Assembly (NCBI RefSeq): GCF_006345805.1
Contig: NC_043008.1
Location: 74,772,001 to 74,836,000 of the forward strand
Reading direction: 5' to 3'
Length of the DNA: 64,000 nt
Source: Octopus sinensis
Lineage: Eukaryota
This document shows, piece by piece, positions 33,631 through 48,200 of this stretch (positions are counted from its first letter, which is position 1; every line of letters starts with the position of its first letter). The notes under the pieces are model-generated. The model saw nothing but the letters and a program-made list of their open reading frames with translations. It had not been told where the DNA came from and did no database searches. The translations under genes were made by a program, and so were the position numbers.

Positions 33631-36600
33631 TGCCATTCAAATATGAATCAGAAATTGAGACGTTTAAATTTCTGAATTTTTATCACTTCTTATTTTGAAC
33701 TTGACAAAGACAGACGTACTGTTGAAATATCGTTCAATAAAATATCTTACAATCGAATCGCACTCTTCGTCTTGACTGTTTACCTTTGTGAAGAGTTACG
33801 TCAATCCTTTTTTAAAATATCATTATTATTAAAGATCAATTGTTGGTGACAGGAAATCATACTTTCCAATATGGGTTCAAATGATACTCAAGTCATCGTT
33901 GACTTTCAAAGCTGTACCAGTAATATACTGTGGATTGATTCCATAGACTATGTCTATTATCCTTCTTAAAAACTGTATTTATTGGCCTTATGCCTTTTGT
34001 ATAATGGATTACTGGTTACACTGGTACACTATTCTCCTCTGTTGCCACCCGTATTATTATAATACGTCGCATTCGTGGGCACCCACTCTTATTATTATAC
34101 ACTTGAATCAGTGTCCACCCTTATTATATTTACCACAATTGTCAGCACCTACCAGCGCTAGATTAACCATTAAGCAAAATAAGCAGGTGCTTAGGACATC
34201 AAGGGAAGCTGCGGGATGGGGAACAGAAATGATAAATGCCATACAGTACAGTTAGAAATCACTTTAAATTTACTAAAATAATATTCGGGTTGCCTTATAT
34301 TTACTAAGTGTAGAAGCTGATTTGTTACGTAAGATTAATTTTAAGGATCTGATGAATGACTTGGCAAAAAAAAATGACGTTGGTGGAAACTTTTCAAATA
34401 CAATTGGAAGTATACGAAAATAAACATTATTTTCCATCTTACAGTTAGTTTTGTTTCATGATCAAAAGTAAACATTTATTTTATGGTCTATTGACGTTTA
34501 CATTTTGAATTACATATGTATGAGGGCACCACAATCTTTTAAGTGCATAGGGCCTCTATGGGTCTTTATCCGGTCCAGGCACCTATTCTTATCACAATAC
34601 AGTACTACTGCCAACACCACCCTTATTACTGTCAGAGCCCAACATTCTTTTTATTAATACTATTCACCACTGTTGTACTGTTGTTAGCATCCTTGTCGGT
34701 ATACTCCACAACTGTTAGTGCCCAGTCTTTAACCATACACCATTGTCTTGTCAGCACTTACCTCTGTCGTTACCATGCCTCTGATATTACGCAGGTGTTT
34801 TGTGCAGAAATCTGTACATTTTATTTCCCTAAACTTTCTACATGGTTAGAAAAATGAAAAGAAGTCAGGAAATTTGATGAAGGCATTTCAGTGTGTGTGT
34901 GTGTGTGGTGGTTAAGGAAATTTAATTGGTTGAGGCAGGTGGACTGTCAACATCGCTTTGTGTCTGTGTCAAGTGGTTGACAGTTGCGCTGGTGATGGCT
35001 GGACAAGTAGTTGTGTGTTTTTTTTATCACTACCAACACACACTGACGTATATATATAGTAAATACAACAGCAACAAAACTGACTCGGGCGCATTGTAAG
35101 TATGTATGTTGATCAAGGTTTCCCCTTTTCCTTAGACACTCACACACACATATATGTATGATATATTTAAACTTCTATCTAAAAGTGTCCTTGGGAAATG
35201 AATGAGGTGGCTTGGCATCAGCGATAAGACCACATTTGTTTTTGTTGCCATGTTATACTTTCTGCAGTGCAGTTGATATCAGCTGGGTTGGTGTACTCAT
35301 GCAGTCGTTTATCTCTCTCGCTCTATCTAATCTATCTGTCTGTCTAGGTATATATGAGTTGTCGAATGTATACGTATATACGTAAAGTATAACTTCCAGT
35401 ACAAAACAGAAGGCACCAAACACATTGAAACAATATGCTACATTTTACACACGATTTACAAATATCTCATTTGACGTGACTACTAATATTAATGAAACCG
35501 AGTTAATTACCATTTTGTACTATATTTTATAGACATTAAACAACACACCTTAGAATTTTTGTTGACATTTTAGCCATTCCAGTATGTTGTTTGTATGTGG
35601 TTCCTATCTGGACAACTTTACTACGTTCTTTGGATCCACTTGTGGTGTGCGGAAGCATCAACTTGTCAACAGAAAAAATTCAAGGAATGTTAAGAGGTGA
35701 TTATTATCAAAACATCTGTCCGTTGGAGACCAACTTTAAACAACCTACTACGGATATCTCTACCTCACACAAACTACTTTAATTCACTGTATATATATAC
35801 ACAGACATACACACACACACTGGCGAAAGTAATATTAATTTTACGTGTTAAGGTGAATTTCAAAGGTTTGTTTATTATTATTAATTCACATCAGTTAGAG
35901 CATTGGTAAACTCTAATTAAACTAAGTAATTAACTTGAACTTATTACATACCAACTACATAATTAACGTTTAATAAGAAAGCTTACTCATCACACGTAAG
36001 CAAACGTGATCATATCGTTAGATTTTGTATGTAAAATATTATTTCTAATCCCACAGGGTTAAGGTGTGTTTAATCCACTCCCCACCTGTTTAATTAATCT
36101 GTTTTACTGCTATTGTTGTGTTAAGCATTTTATATATTTTATATACATGCATTATTTCATTGGTTGCTTAAACTACGACTATTTTTTTCCCCACCTATTT
36201 ATTCAATGCTCTCAGCTGTTTTTACTGCAAATTAACAGTTTTGTATAAGGTGTGCAAATTTCATAATCTCATTTCTTCTATGACTGATAAATTGTCCACT
36301 CCAGCCCTTCAAAAAATTCTCGCCAACTGGGTCTTTCTCAGTCAGTCAGCGAGGCTGTTGCCAGACTTTGGTGCTTGGAAATTCTTCAGAATATTATGGG
36401 TCGGCACTATTTTGTAATAATGCTGAAGTGGAGTTTCGAAATAAGTGTATTACTGTAAGTCTGAGGGTGCACCATCGAATAGTGAAGGGACAGTGCCGCC
36501 TAGTGCACCCTCTTAGCAACGGGCATGCTGTCAGCCTCTCTGTCTCTTTTCAACTCTCTCTCTCTTACACATGTATATATGTGCTTCACAAACCCTAATT

Positions 36601-36774
36601 TTTCTTGAGAACTTAGGATGTATATAGGCTTGCATGTAGTTAGAATCTGAGTGGTGACAGTGAAATGCCAGCCTCAAACACTTAAGCCTTTCTGAGTGTT
36701 TTGTTTACATATGTATTTTTTCTCCTATTTCTTTGCCTAAATGCATACATATCAATGTCATCTTTGTCATGTAA

Positions 36775-36950
36775 ATTTCTCATTTACTTTCCGTGCTGGC
36801 ATGGGTTGGAAAGTTTGACGAGATCCACTGGCTTGAAAGACCATACTTTGGTCCATTGTCTCAGTGTTGGCATGATAGTTTCTACAGTTGGATACCCTTC
36901 TGAAAGCCAACCACGTTATAGAGGGCACTGGGTAAATTTTCTTTTCAGGT
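36775..36950 (-). mobile_element. RTE 3'-tail copy
   Basis: TTTCCGTGCTGGCATGGGTTGGA...GTTTCTACAGTTGGATACCCTTC. Confidence 0.65.
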
Positions 36951-37056
36951 CACCAGCGATTGTGACATCATCTTGTAACTTTCAAGCTTCCTTGACTGAG
37001 AGGGAGTATAGTAGAGTGGGAGGAGGTTTTATGGATATATATATATACATATATAG

Positions 37057-37448
37057 TCGAAGGCTTGGTTGTGTTGTATGAAGTTTGCTTCTAAACAACA
37101 TGGATCCAGGTTCAGTCCCACCTGAAGGATCTTCTACTATAGCCTCGAGGCAATCAAAACCTTGTAAGTAGATTTAATAGATGTAAACTGAAAGGAACCT
37201 GCTGTATGTGTGTGTCTGTGTTTATGTGTGTGTGTCTTTGTGTCTGTTTGTCTCCTACAATTGTTTGACAGCTGGTGTTGGTGTGTTTATATCCTATAAT
37301 TAGGTGGTTTGGTAAAAAAGACTGATAGTATAAGTACTAAGCTTTAAAGGAAAAATAAATTACTGAGGTCGGTTCATTTGACTACCACCCTTCAAGGTGG
37401 TACCCCAACATGGCCATAATGTAAGAATTGAAACAGGCAAAAAATAAG
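37057..37448 (+). mobile_element. SINE family A, diverged
   Basis: GGTTCAGTCCCAC...CTTCTACTATAGCCTCGAGG..., central (TG)n, and AAGTACTAAGCTT...CCCCAACATGGCC tail. Confidence 0.8.
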
Positions 37449-37454
37449 TGATAT

Positions 37455-39510
37455 GCAAAGCAACAAAAAAAAAATTGCATACCTGAGGGATCTTTCTACA
37501 TACAGTCAAGGGATATGCAATGCACTTACAGAGACACATCTCTCTGCAGATATAAATATACCAATATATGCTGTGCAGACAGAAGGGGAAGAAATCACGG
37601 TGGTGATGCATTGTACATCCATGAAGATGTCATGCCACTAAACCTGTTCTCACACTCAAACTTGGTCTGTGATACACTGATAGTGCATTTTATGCAGCTT
37701 GATGCAGTAGTATGCACACTGTATCGCCCACCTGATGCCTCAAATCATGATGGAAAATTTGAGGAAAGTTTTACAAGCTGGATCAAAGTGTTAATATACT
37801 TCTATTGGGTGACTTCAACTTACCCAACATCAAATGGCCTGTAGGCCACACAATCTCAGGGATGACATGGAAAGAATGTAACCAACAGAATCTCTACTTG
37901 ATCTCACAAAAATGCTGTTCATGAAGCAAACAGTACTCTCCTCAATCAGGAATGATAACATATTAGACCTCTATTTCACCAACAATTTAGGTCTTAACCA
38001 CAACGTAAAGATATCACCAATAATCTTCTCAGACCACAACACAGTAGAACTGATGATGTGTGGTCCAAAACCAATTAATAATGTATTCCACACAAATGGC
38101 ACCTAGACTCTGTCTAGTCTAGCCCTAACTTCTACAAGGCTGACTGGACGTCAGATGAAAGATGGGTTATCCAACAAAATTGAACTAAAAGTCTCTATGC
38201 AAGACATTGATATGAAACCTGAAGAATTCATGTCGATAATGTAAGCCATATGCATTAAATTTGTCCCAGAGAAGAGAGCAAGCCCATACAAAAACATCAT
38301 TTCCCAATGCAGAAGAGTCTTTATGAGACAGAGAATAAAGATCTCCAATCACTTAAGTTAAAAAACTTATTGACAGTGAGAAATCCCTCCTAGAAGAGAG
38401 ACTTTTAGTGATCAAAAATAATCTCAGACTCTTCCATGAAAAGGAAAGGATAGAAAGAGAAACCAGGGCAGTGGAAAATATAAAAATATATCCTAAAACC
38501 TGTTTGTGAAACAGTCTGCCTCAGTGCACAAGAAAGGGCCACTGCTTGAAGAAGATGGTTCACTTATTGCAAACTCCAAAAGGATAAGTGAAGTACTAAA
38601 TAAGCAGTTCCAGAGTGTCTTCACCTCTCCACTGGGAAACTGGCAAGTAAGCGAGCCTAAAGAGTTCTTCAACACTGCAGACCTACATGGAAAAAAGAAA
38701 CCATCGATTACATTGACATAAAAAAGGAAGATATAATATCAGTCATTGATGGGATGAGCTGAAACTCAGCAATGAGCCTGGATGGATTTCTGTCTGTTCT
38801 CTTGAAGACATGCAAGAAAGCTCTTGCAAGACCACTGCAGATACTTTTTCAGTTTCCTTGCATGTGGAAAACTTCCCAAACTGTTAAAAGATGGTATCAT
38901 ATACTCTGTCCATAAAAGAGGAAGCAGAGCAGATGCTAAAATTATAGGCCTATCTCTCTGACTTCACATGTTGGCAAGGTCATGGAATGCATTGTTAGAA
39001 GAAGATTGATCACATTCCTGGAAGAGAATAACTTGCTCCCAAAGACACAAGACAGTTTCTGTCCACCTAGCTATCATTGAAAAACTGGGAGAGTGGCTGC
39101 ATGACTTATTAAAAGACAGAAGTCACAGCCAATGGTGCTCTCCACAGTGGAGTTCCTCAGGGAACTGTACTGAGACCACTACTGTTTGTAGTGGCTCTCT
39201 CAGACATACCCTCAATTGTTCAATCAGCCACTCTCTCCAGCTATACTGATGATACAAAAATAGCTCAGGCAGTGAAGGACCTTGATGGCATAGTAAAACT
39301 GCAAAATGACCTGCTTGCTATACACAAATGGACTGATGAACATAACATGCAGTTCAATGCTGAAAAGTTTCAAGCACCCTGCCATCAGCCCACAAATGGA
39401 TTACAATCAGAATACATAAGACCAAGGTGAGGGGCAGTGTAATCCCAGAATTAGAATCAGTGCATGACCTGGGAATTCAAGAACATAGCACATTTATCCA
39501 TGTTGCCAAG
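37455..39510 (+). mobile_element. CR1-like LINE ORF2 (APE endonuclease plus RT), decayed, with an internal RT deletion near 39065
   Basis: LTETHL, DRRGRNHGGDALYI, VCTLYRPP, LLGDFNLP.IKW, RNDNILDLYFTN, SDHN; NYRPISLTSHVGKVMECI; SGVPQGTVLRPLLF; YTDDTK. Confidence 0.92.
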
Positions 39511-39639
39511 CAGAGGACCAAATCTGAGACCATGTTATTAGGAAGTAATCTTCTTTACCACACATCCATGCACATACACAAATGAACACACATAAGTACA
39601 CACATATACAATCATGTCAAATATTTTTCTCTCATATAT

Positions 39640-39762
<123 letters not shown>

Positions 39763-39904
39763 TTCATTCATTCATTTCATTAAAAATGTGCATTTTTAAA
39801 CCCATTTCTAATCAATAGTGACTGAAATTGGAGGACAAAATGAAATAGAATTTTACACATTCCTAAGAGAGATAAAAATCTGTTTTACAACTTGTTTTGT
39901 ATGT

Positions 39905-40175
39905 GCTCATCACCTGTAATCAACTTGTTCCTGTATACTCTGCACCTGTAAATCAAGTTATTTTACTCTGACTCTTCATTTCCATGTAGTAGTCCTCACC
40001 TTTAATGACTAATTTACTCTTACTCCTTGTTTCTATATACTTCTCACCTATAATCAACTAATTTGCTATGAACAACTAATTTTTCTATAGTGCTCAACTG
40101 TATTCAACTAATTTACTATGAATAACTTCTTGTCTCTGTGTGTGGTTATCACCTGTTATCACTAAATTACTATTA
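39905..40175. repeat. Degenerate minisatellite (core CACCTGTAATCAACTAATTTACT)
   Basis: The motif recurs about five times with variable spacing. Confidence 0.5.
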
Positions 40176-43100
40176 ATATCTCTCTGACACAAGTGAGTAT
40201 CAAATACATTTCCAGTGCAATCATTGGTTCACTGTACCAAAATACCTTTTAGCAAGCAAGTCATTTGAGTTCAATGTCTTTCCTTAGGAGCTGCACTAAT
40301 TATTAATAAAACATTTTAACATCTGTCATTGTTTGAAAAAAAATTCAATTTGAACATTGAACAGAGTTGAGGAATTAAGAATTAAAAAAAAAAAGCAAAA
40401 ACAAAACTTAGAAAATAAAAATTTCATGAAAATAGCAAAATTTGTATTTATTTATGTCTGTTAATCAGATTTAGTAATTAAGAAACAACCAAACGGCTGA
40501 TTCCTTCAGTTCTTTGGCCAGCATATTCTTCCTTATTTTGCCAATTCCTTGGCTAATATATTCTTTCATTTCTCTGAGGAACTGTTATCTTTATTCTCTA
40601 GTGTCTTCAGATTTATCATTCATTATGTCTTTTCTCCTTCTCACTTCTTCGAGCAATATTTCAGTGACTTAAGTTACAGTTTTAAACTTTAATAGAATTA
40701 TATTTCAGCAGATGAGTCATTGAATTCTGTTGAAGTGGTTTTTACACTTTATTCTTGTGAAATGCAGAATCCATTAAAATTAATTAATTAAATAATTATA
40801 TTAATAAGCTGTTAAGAATATTTGTCCAGTTTCTCATACTGTTTCTTGAAACATTTAAATATGGAAATATCAATTAATTTGGCCTTAGTTTTCACTTTCG
40901 CTGTTAAGTTCTTTTATGGTAAGGACAACAATGATGGATAGCCTTGGTTGCTATTTGTGACCTACCTTTTATCATTACACTGTGAATGATGCTGATGATA
41001 ATGTATAGGTGTGGTAGCTGTACGTACAACACATCTTTCACAGACAATTTTTTGGGGTGCTCAACATCTAAAATATTGTCAGGTGTTTATTGCTCTCTAC
41101 TAGTTGGGCTGTGGTCAATGGAAACTCAACCGTCACATTATGTACAAGGTTAGTGGGGAGTATGACTGATGATAGCATGGAAGTGAGTTTGGATGTTGAT
41201 GAGGATGTTGATAATCTAAGTAATCTCTTCTAAAATGCTTTATGTCAGGTAGCATGAACAATTTCTAAGATCCCTTAACCTGGCATTCAATAGGGCTTTG
41301 CTTATATGAGATAACCTCTAATAACATGGTCATGTTGGAGCTACAAGCAACCACCTGTCCACACAGGCTAACAAAATAGTCTGGCACACACTATTTTACT
41401 GTCCTTGTATTGCTGATTTGTGGGTTTATATCAAACTGCTGTTATCATATTTGGAAGAAATCCAGCTGCCTACCAATTATAATGAGCCACTCATCATCTT
41501 CATTTGGCAAGGAAGAAAGAGTAATTTTCTACCTGATGCAACAGTAAAAGATTTCACATGATAGATATTGTAGAAAGGTTTGAGTACATAGCTCTTCTCA
41601 ATTTAATCTCTCGTTAACTTTATTAAGTACCACTTGAGGAGGAAGGTAAATTTTATGTGAAGTATGTGAGGGTGATGAAATTGGCATAGCTGAAAGCTTT
41701 CAGTGTGTCACAGTAATCCAGGGTTGTGTGTGAGATACTCTGACTACTCCATATGTTAGGAATCCTGTCTTGTTCTTCTGCATTGTTATTACTATTTATT
41801 AATGTGTCTTTATTGTCTTTGTTGTTGATCTCAACCTTTTCATCACCTTTGTCATATTAAGTAGTTATTGCTGTCTTACATGAGTTGGAAGATCACATCT
41901 CATTTGTACATTCCACTTTTGGCCTAGTTTCTATAGCTGGATGCCCTTCCTCTCATTGACCACTTTACAGAGTCAAATGGGTGTTATTTGACATGGAATC
42001 AGCACTAGTGAGGTCACCATATGCTTCTCTGTCTACATTCCTCTGTCTCTTTTAATCTGCAATTAATTTACAGAGAGTATTGTGGAACCAACATCAGAGA
42101 AGTTGCCTTGTCCTCTGCTTGACATAATTGTCCTCTCTCATCTGCATATTTGCTGTTTATATAAGGCAAACATTATAGACATTATGTATGTGAGTGAGGG
42201 GTGGGGGAAAGCAGGATGATGGAGAAGGGTCGAGAGAAAGAGAGACAGTGAGAGCTGTATGTTGGTAATGAGGCTTAAAGGAAAAACATGATTAGGAAGA
42301 TGGGATAGAAATAAAGATACATCATGGTAGGAGAGAGTGTGAGATATGGGTAGCAACAGTAATGGGTAATGGTGAGAGTGATAGCTGTGAATTAAGAGTT
42401 CCTTGTGGTGGAGTGATGTGGGGGAAGAACAATGGTTAGTGGTACAGAAGGGTGACACTACTGAATATGGATAGATTTGATATCACCATTCATTACACTG
42501 GTATTGTGATGGAAGAGAGATAATTTTAGAGAGGTGTAGGTGAGAGAGAGGTAATCTGATAATGATAACAAGTAATGAAAGATGAGCAGATGAAATGCCA
42601 TCAAGGAAGAATCAGTCTGAATGCTATCATTACACTGGTACCATGGTGGAGCAAAAGTAAAATGAATGAGGGATGGTTAATTTCTTGCATGTTTCACTTT
42701 TGTGCCATCCATATTTTTGAGATTTGTAGCCACTAAATCACCACTATCTCTCCCTCACTTCCTTCTTTCCTTCCTTCCATCCTTTCCACTCAACAGTCTG
42801 CCACAATACATATGTTACTACCAGTGCAGTCTTCTCTCTTTGACATCCAATATCTCATTCCTATTACACCCAGTTTTTTTCAGTTCAATGTACATCATCC
42901 TTTAAGCAGACTATCTTTAAACATCCAGTGGATTGTACTCACTCTATTTCTTTCCAGCTTCTGATACATACCCTGTGTTCAGTGCCTATGTTTCACTACA
43001 TTGCACTGCACGTCATACCAGAACATCACAAAATATTTCTTTCACTTCAGTAGAGTATTTGTTGTCATAAGAGATCCTAGCTTGCTGAATAGAAGTGAGT

Positions 43101-43664
43101 CTTGATGGGCAACTACACACACACATTAAATTCCTTACTAAATATCACCTTGCTGACTGCAGCTATGGACATAACCTGCATGACTTTCACAAGCCATTTA
43201 TCCGGATCTAATTTTCTTAGTTTTCTTTGTGACAACTAGAGATCAGAGTCTGGTACTCCATTAAAGGCATGTCGACTTAATTTGTAGTTGCCGCACTCAA
43301 AGAAGGTATCAGGGGTAACCTGTTCTGACACATACCTGAACTGCATCTTATTTTTATTAAATTCTCTTTCTCTTTCTGTTAACCTCAACATTATAGAACA
43401 TTTGCAAAAATCTTTCAAGCTCATTCTTTGGTACTTTAGTGTGAGTTTTAATCATTTATTCTTTGTTGGCAGTAAAAAGTATTAAGTATTATATGAAAAT
43501 TGTTAATGGTTGTTAAAGACAGAGAGTAGAAAATGTGAGAAATCATAAAACTCGCTGACAAGAGTTTTAGGTAAGTGTTTGAGATTGTTTTGTCTGAAAA
43601 CTCAAAATCCTAACTTTTTAATGTTCCTTGGGATTCTAGAAAATTTGACCTGGACATTTGGCTG

Positions 43665-44010
43665 GAGTGAAGGCGCATGGCTCAGTGGTTAGAGTGTTGA
43701 GGTTACGATCATGAGGTTGTAAGTTCGATTCCCGAACCAGGCTGCATGCTGTGTTCTTGAGCAAGACACTTTATTTCACATTGTTCCAGTTCATTCAGCA
43801 GCAGAAATGAGTTGTGACATCACTGGTGCCAAGCTGTACTGGCCTTTGCCTTTCCCTTGCATAACATCAGTGGTGTGGAGAGGGGAGGCCAGTATGCATG
43901 GGCAACTGCTGGTCTTCCATAAACAACCTTGCTTGGATTACACCTAGAAAGTTACCCTCCGAGGGTAACTTTCTAGGTGTAATCCCATGGTCATTCTTGA
44001 CCGAAGGGGG
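43665..44010 (+). mobile_element. tRNA-derived SINE family B
   Basis: GTGAAGGCGCATGGCTCAGTGGTTAG (A box), GTTCGATTCCC (B box), CTTGAGCAAGACACTTTATTTCAC. The 3' part differs from the 11303 copy. Confidence 0.88.
43935..43985. repeat. Perfect 25-bp inverted repeat with 1-nt spacer
   Basis: GGATTACACCTAGAAAGTTACCCTC-C-GAGGGTAACTTTCTAGGTGTAATCC. Confidence 0.95.
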
Positions 44011-45000
44011 TCTCCCCATTTGGCTGGAATATTTCAGTCTACTTGGTTAAACTCCAGCCCATCTGATTGGCTGATCCTTGTTTGTGAAGGCATCAATGCT
44101 TTTTATGATGACACAATTAATTTTTCAAAACTGGCTTTATCTTTTATGGTAGTATAGTAGGCTGTGGCTCTAGATGCAATGGTCCAAAGCTTAGCAGAAA
44201 CATAACTGCCGTATGTATACCTAATGTCATGCTTTTCTCTACCTGATACTGGTTTTTGTCCTTTTAATTCTTTCTTCCAATATTTGCTGACCTGTCACAT
44301 TGCTTTTATGGCTCTCTCTCTCTCTTGTACTGTTGTACTATTTCACTATTAATTCTCTTCCATCTGGCTGGAATCTTGTTCTAACCATAGATCCAGTGTG
44401 CCACACAGCTGGCTTGTCTTGTAGAAACTTCCAGTTATCTCCAGTATCTGTATCTCCTTCTGCTTTTAGTTATACACATCTGCTAGACTCTCACCCTCTT
44501 CCTATGTATTATAGTTCTCTTGGCCATTGCAAGTTTAAGACCAGCTGCCCATGAAAGAATTAAATGAAGGAGGGAGTTGCTATAGCTGAATCTGATGAAG
44601 AATTAGAGGAGAAATTCCAGTTATATAAGTAAATACTAGAATTCAAGAAGTCTTAAAGGGAACCTAAGAAAAGTAAAAATTTTGGATGGCAAGAGATAAG
44701 GCAGGGCACTATTTGCCATCTAGGAAGTGGTCATAATTGATATGCAATAATGAAGTAAATAGAAACACAGTGTAAATGATAGGTGTGTAGGATTTGCAGT
44801 GAAATAGCAGTCAGACTGATAGAGAAGAACTTCAGATGCACAGAAGTAGTTAACTGTACAAGACATCATTCATCATCCTCATTAATTTTATATACACTTT
44901 TCCATAAATGCATGAATTGGACAGTACTTTTAGAAGCAATGTCTGGGTGCTATTCCTGATACCAACCCTTTTAGATCCTTACACTTTAGAGATATAGTAA

Positions 45001-45200
45001 GGCAGTAAGCTGGCAGAATCATTACCACACTTTGTGGAATTTTGTGTCTTTACATTCTGAGTTCAAAGTCTGCCGAGCTCAGCATTGCCTTTCATCCTTT
45101 CGGAGTTGATAATATAAGTACCAGTTGAGCACTGGTGTTGATGTAATCAACTTACCTTCACCCACAAAAATGGCTGGCCTTATGCCAAAATTTGAAACCA
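45001..45200 (+). mobile_element. SINE family C
   Basis: GGCAGTAAGCTGGCAGAATC...TTCTGAGTTCAAA...GCCTTTCATCCTTTCGGAG..GATAA.ATAAGTACCAG. Confidence 0.8.
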
Positions 45201-48200
45201 ATTTACAATGATACAGTGTACCTATTATAAAAACTGGGAAACACATGATATTTGGAAGTACTATATAAATTCTTTACAAATGCTTTGCTCAATCCATAGA
45301 AGTTGTTGATAGTTTCTATTACCAAAATGACCTAATTAGCAATGTAGGTAGGTGATCTGTCAGCAACTGTAGCCAGAGAAAGAATGGAATGGAAAATGTC
45401 CAGGGAGCTATTAGCTCTGTTGGCACAAAGAAATTCTCGTTGTAGGTGAAGGGCAAATCGTGTGATTTATATTTATGAATTATGCAGCTGCATGTGCATT
45501 CAATACAGAGAATGTGTAGAGGTTGAATAGAAATGAGGGGAAAATGCTTCCCTGGATATGCAATATTAGTGTAAATGAACAACAATGTATTAATGAGTTT
45601 AGAGATAATCTGAGTTTAAGAGGAATGAGATGTAGAGAAAAGGGACTGCACTGGATGAACATATAATGTGCATGGAGGATAACAGTTGGATAAAGAAATA
45701 TGAAGTAATCCATGGGGAAGGACTTTTAGGAAAGGAAAATCAAGGACTACAAATAGTTGGTGAATATTTAGTTCACATTGTTAATATTTCTAGCTAGAGG
45801 AGCTGACAAACGAATGGGGAGCTGCTATTTTGGATAAGGCTCTTCCAACCCATGTAAACAGAATGAAATGAATGTTTCATTATACCATCAGTAGTCACTG
45901 GTAGTGGCAGCTGAAATGTAAATATTAAAAGCAATATTTTTATCTTTATGTAGATCCTAATGTTTTAATTATATTATTTTATTTTGTTATTATAATGTGT
46001 TGTAGTCTGTCAATAGTCATCATATACTGTGTGTAGTATTTCACCTGTTTTTAAGCACTGTTCAAGTTGTGTTGTATTTAATCAGTTTTTAGTCACTGTA
46101 TATTGCATGTATGAGGGAACGGGCTCATAAAATAGTACCAGTAATATTTTGGTTGTCATTTCAGTGAAGATGTCTCTTTATTGAAAACTGAATGTTTCTA
46201 TTTTGTTTCTAGTTAAAAATATACCAATATACTGAGTTCAACCACACATATCCCTTTAAAATTGTGGTGGTGGGAAAGGCTGGTGTGGATCTAAGAATGT
46301 AGAATAATATCATTTCAGAATAATTAATACAGTTAATGAGATGAAATTTTATTTTTGTTCCCTAGACTAGAATTGAACTTGTGTTGTCTGTGTGACCTAC
46401 TGTACTATATTTATTGAAGCTGCTCCATGCACATTGTTTAAAAGCCATTCTCTTGCTACACTTGTGCTATTAGCATATTTCTGTGAAAGTAGTCTTCATG
46501 AATATCAATGTTTTGTTGTATGATTTCTTCAGAGGAGATAGCATGTATTTATTGCTTTACAAAGTTGCTAGTGACTTCAGATGAAGGCCCCAGGGAGGGG
46601 AGCATTTTACACAACAACATGATACGTTTTTCACACTGAAAAGAAGTAAACAGCTTCAAATCACTGGTGCATGCATGTTTATTTTGATATGGACATGAAT
46701 AATTCAAAGAGAGAATATATACACATACAGACACATACATATGTTCATATGTTCAGGCATGGAGATGAGCGTGTCTATATATTTGTGTGAGTGTATGAAT
46801 GTGTGTGTGTGTCTAAATATAAATTCACACACATGTGAAGAACAAGTGAAAATTTGGAAACCAAACTGGATATAGTTATCTTACTCAACTCTCTGTCTGT
46901 CTCTTTCTCTCTCTATCCTTCTCTCTGTCTGTTCTTCCTGCCTTTCTTCCACTTTTCTCTCCTACCTCTCCTTCTTTCTTGCATTCTCCACAGTAATCAA
47001 TAGAGTACAAATACTTATCAGAACATGGTATGTTGCAGTGTTGGCATCATTTGTCTAGATGAGTTCTAGCATTCTTTAGATAACAGTTTTATGGTACTGA
47101 GTATGTTTTCACGATATTTTTAGAAACTTTGTGTGTGTAGTAGTAGTAGTAATGGTGTATATTGTGCATGTGTGCCTAAAGAAATATTGTGTGTGTGTGT
47201 GTGATTCCTGTAATCCAGTATGTCTTCTGATTCTAAAATGATCAATACTAATCTTCTCTATTCAACTATGTTTCATATTGATAACACAGTGTGTCGACAT
47301 TAATAAGTTCTTGAAGGATTCTGTCTCTGCTGGACTTTTGTGTGGTGGGATTGGGTGAGGACTGTGAGTTCCTGGGTAACCACTGTTGGATGTTGATTAA
47401 GGACCGTTGGGTGTAAGACTAAGATTTAGGGTTAAGACTGTTGGGTGTTGGTTAAGGATTTTGGTGTGGTGGGTAAAGCCTTTAGGGTATAAAGGTTGTT
47501 GTGTGTAATGACTTTGATGATGTGGATAACAACCATCATGGGTTAGAAATGTAATGTGGAAAGGTATGTGATGTGGTGAGTAGGGGTTATGGAGGGTAAA
47601 GATAATGACCTGGTAATATGAATATTATTAAGTCATCTTGACTGGTGGTTTGTAATGTGATAAAATCTAGTAAGTAAAATCCCTAGCTGGCAACCAGATG
47701 GAGAAGCTGTTCTCTCAACTAATATGCAGCTGTGGGTGCCACTGGATGTTAGACTCTGTTGATGATGTTATTCCAAGCTTTCCAATCCATGGAAAGATGG
47801 ACCTTGGTCCTTTGGGAGATGCTGGAATTCTTCCGGACACTCCATCAAAGGGATGAAAATAAACAAAGGGGTGTACAGTTCAACACCAACAGATCTGTGA
47901 CTGAAGCTATGGATATCTTGTACAACATTGTCCACTTTGCTTGGCTTTATATTCTCAGGATCAACATGTTCAAGATAAAAGTTCTAACAGTTGTTCTGCC
48001 GCTGTGCATCTTGATGGCATTCATATTGAATAGGTTCAGGGTTCAAATATCTCTGCTTACTGGTTGCAGAGAAGAAAGTGGCATCAACAGCAGAGCTCAT
48101 ATGCTGAATCGAGATAAAATTATAAACTGTAACCAGTTTTTTAGTCCATTACTTACTAATAGCTTGGTTACTGGTTCAGATCCCCTTTTTGTATTTTGTT

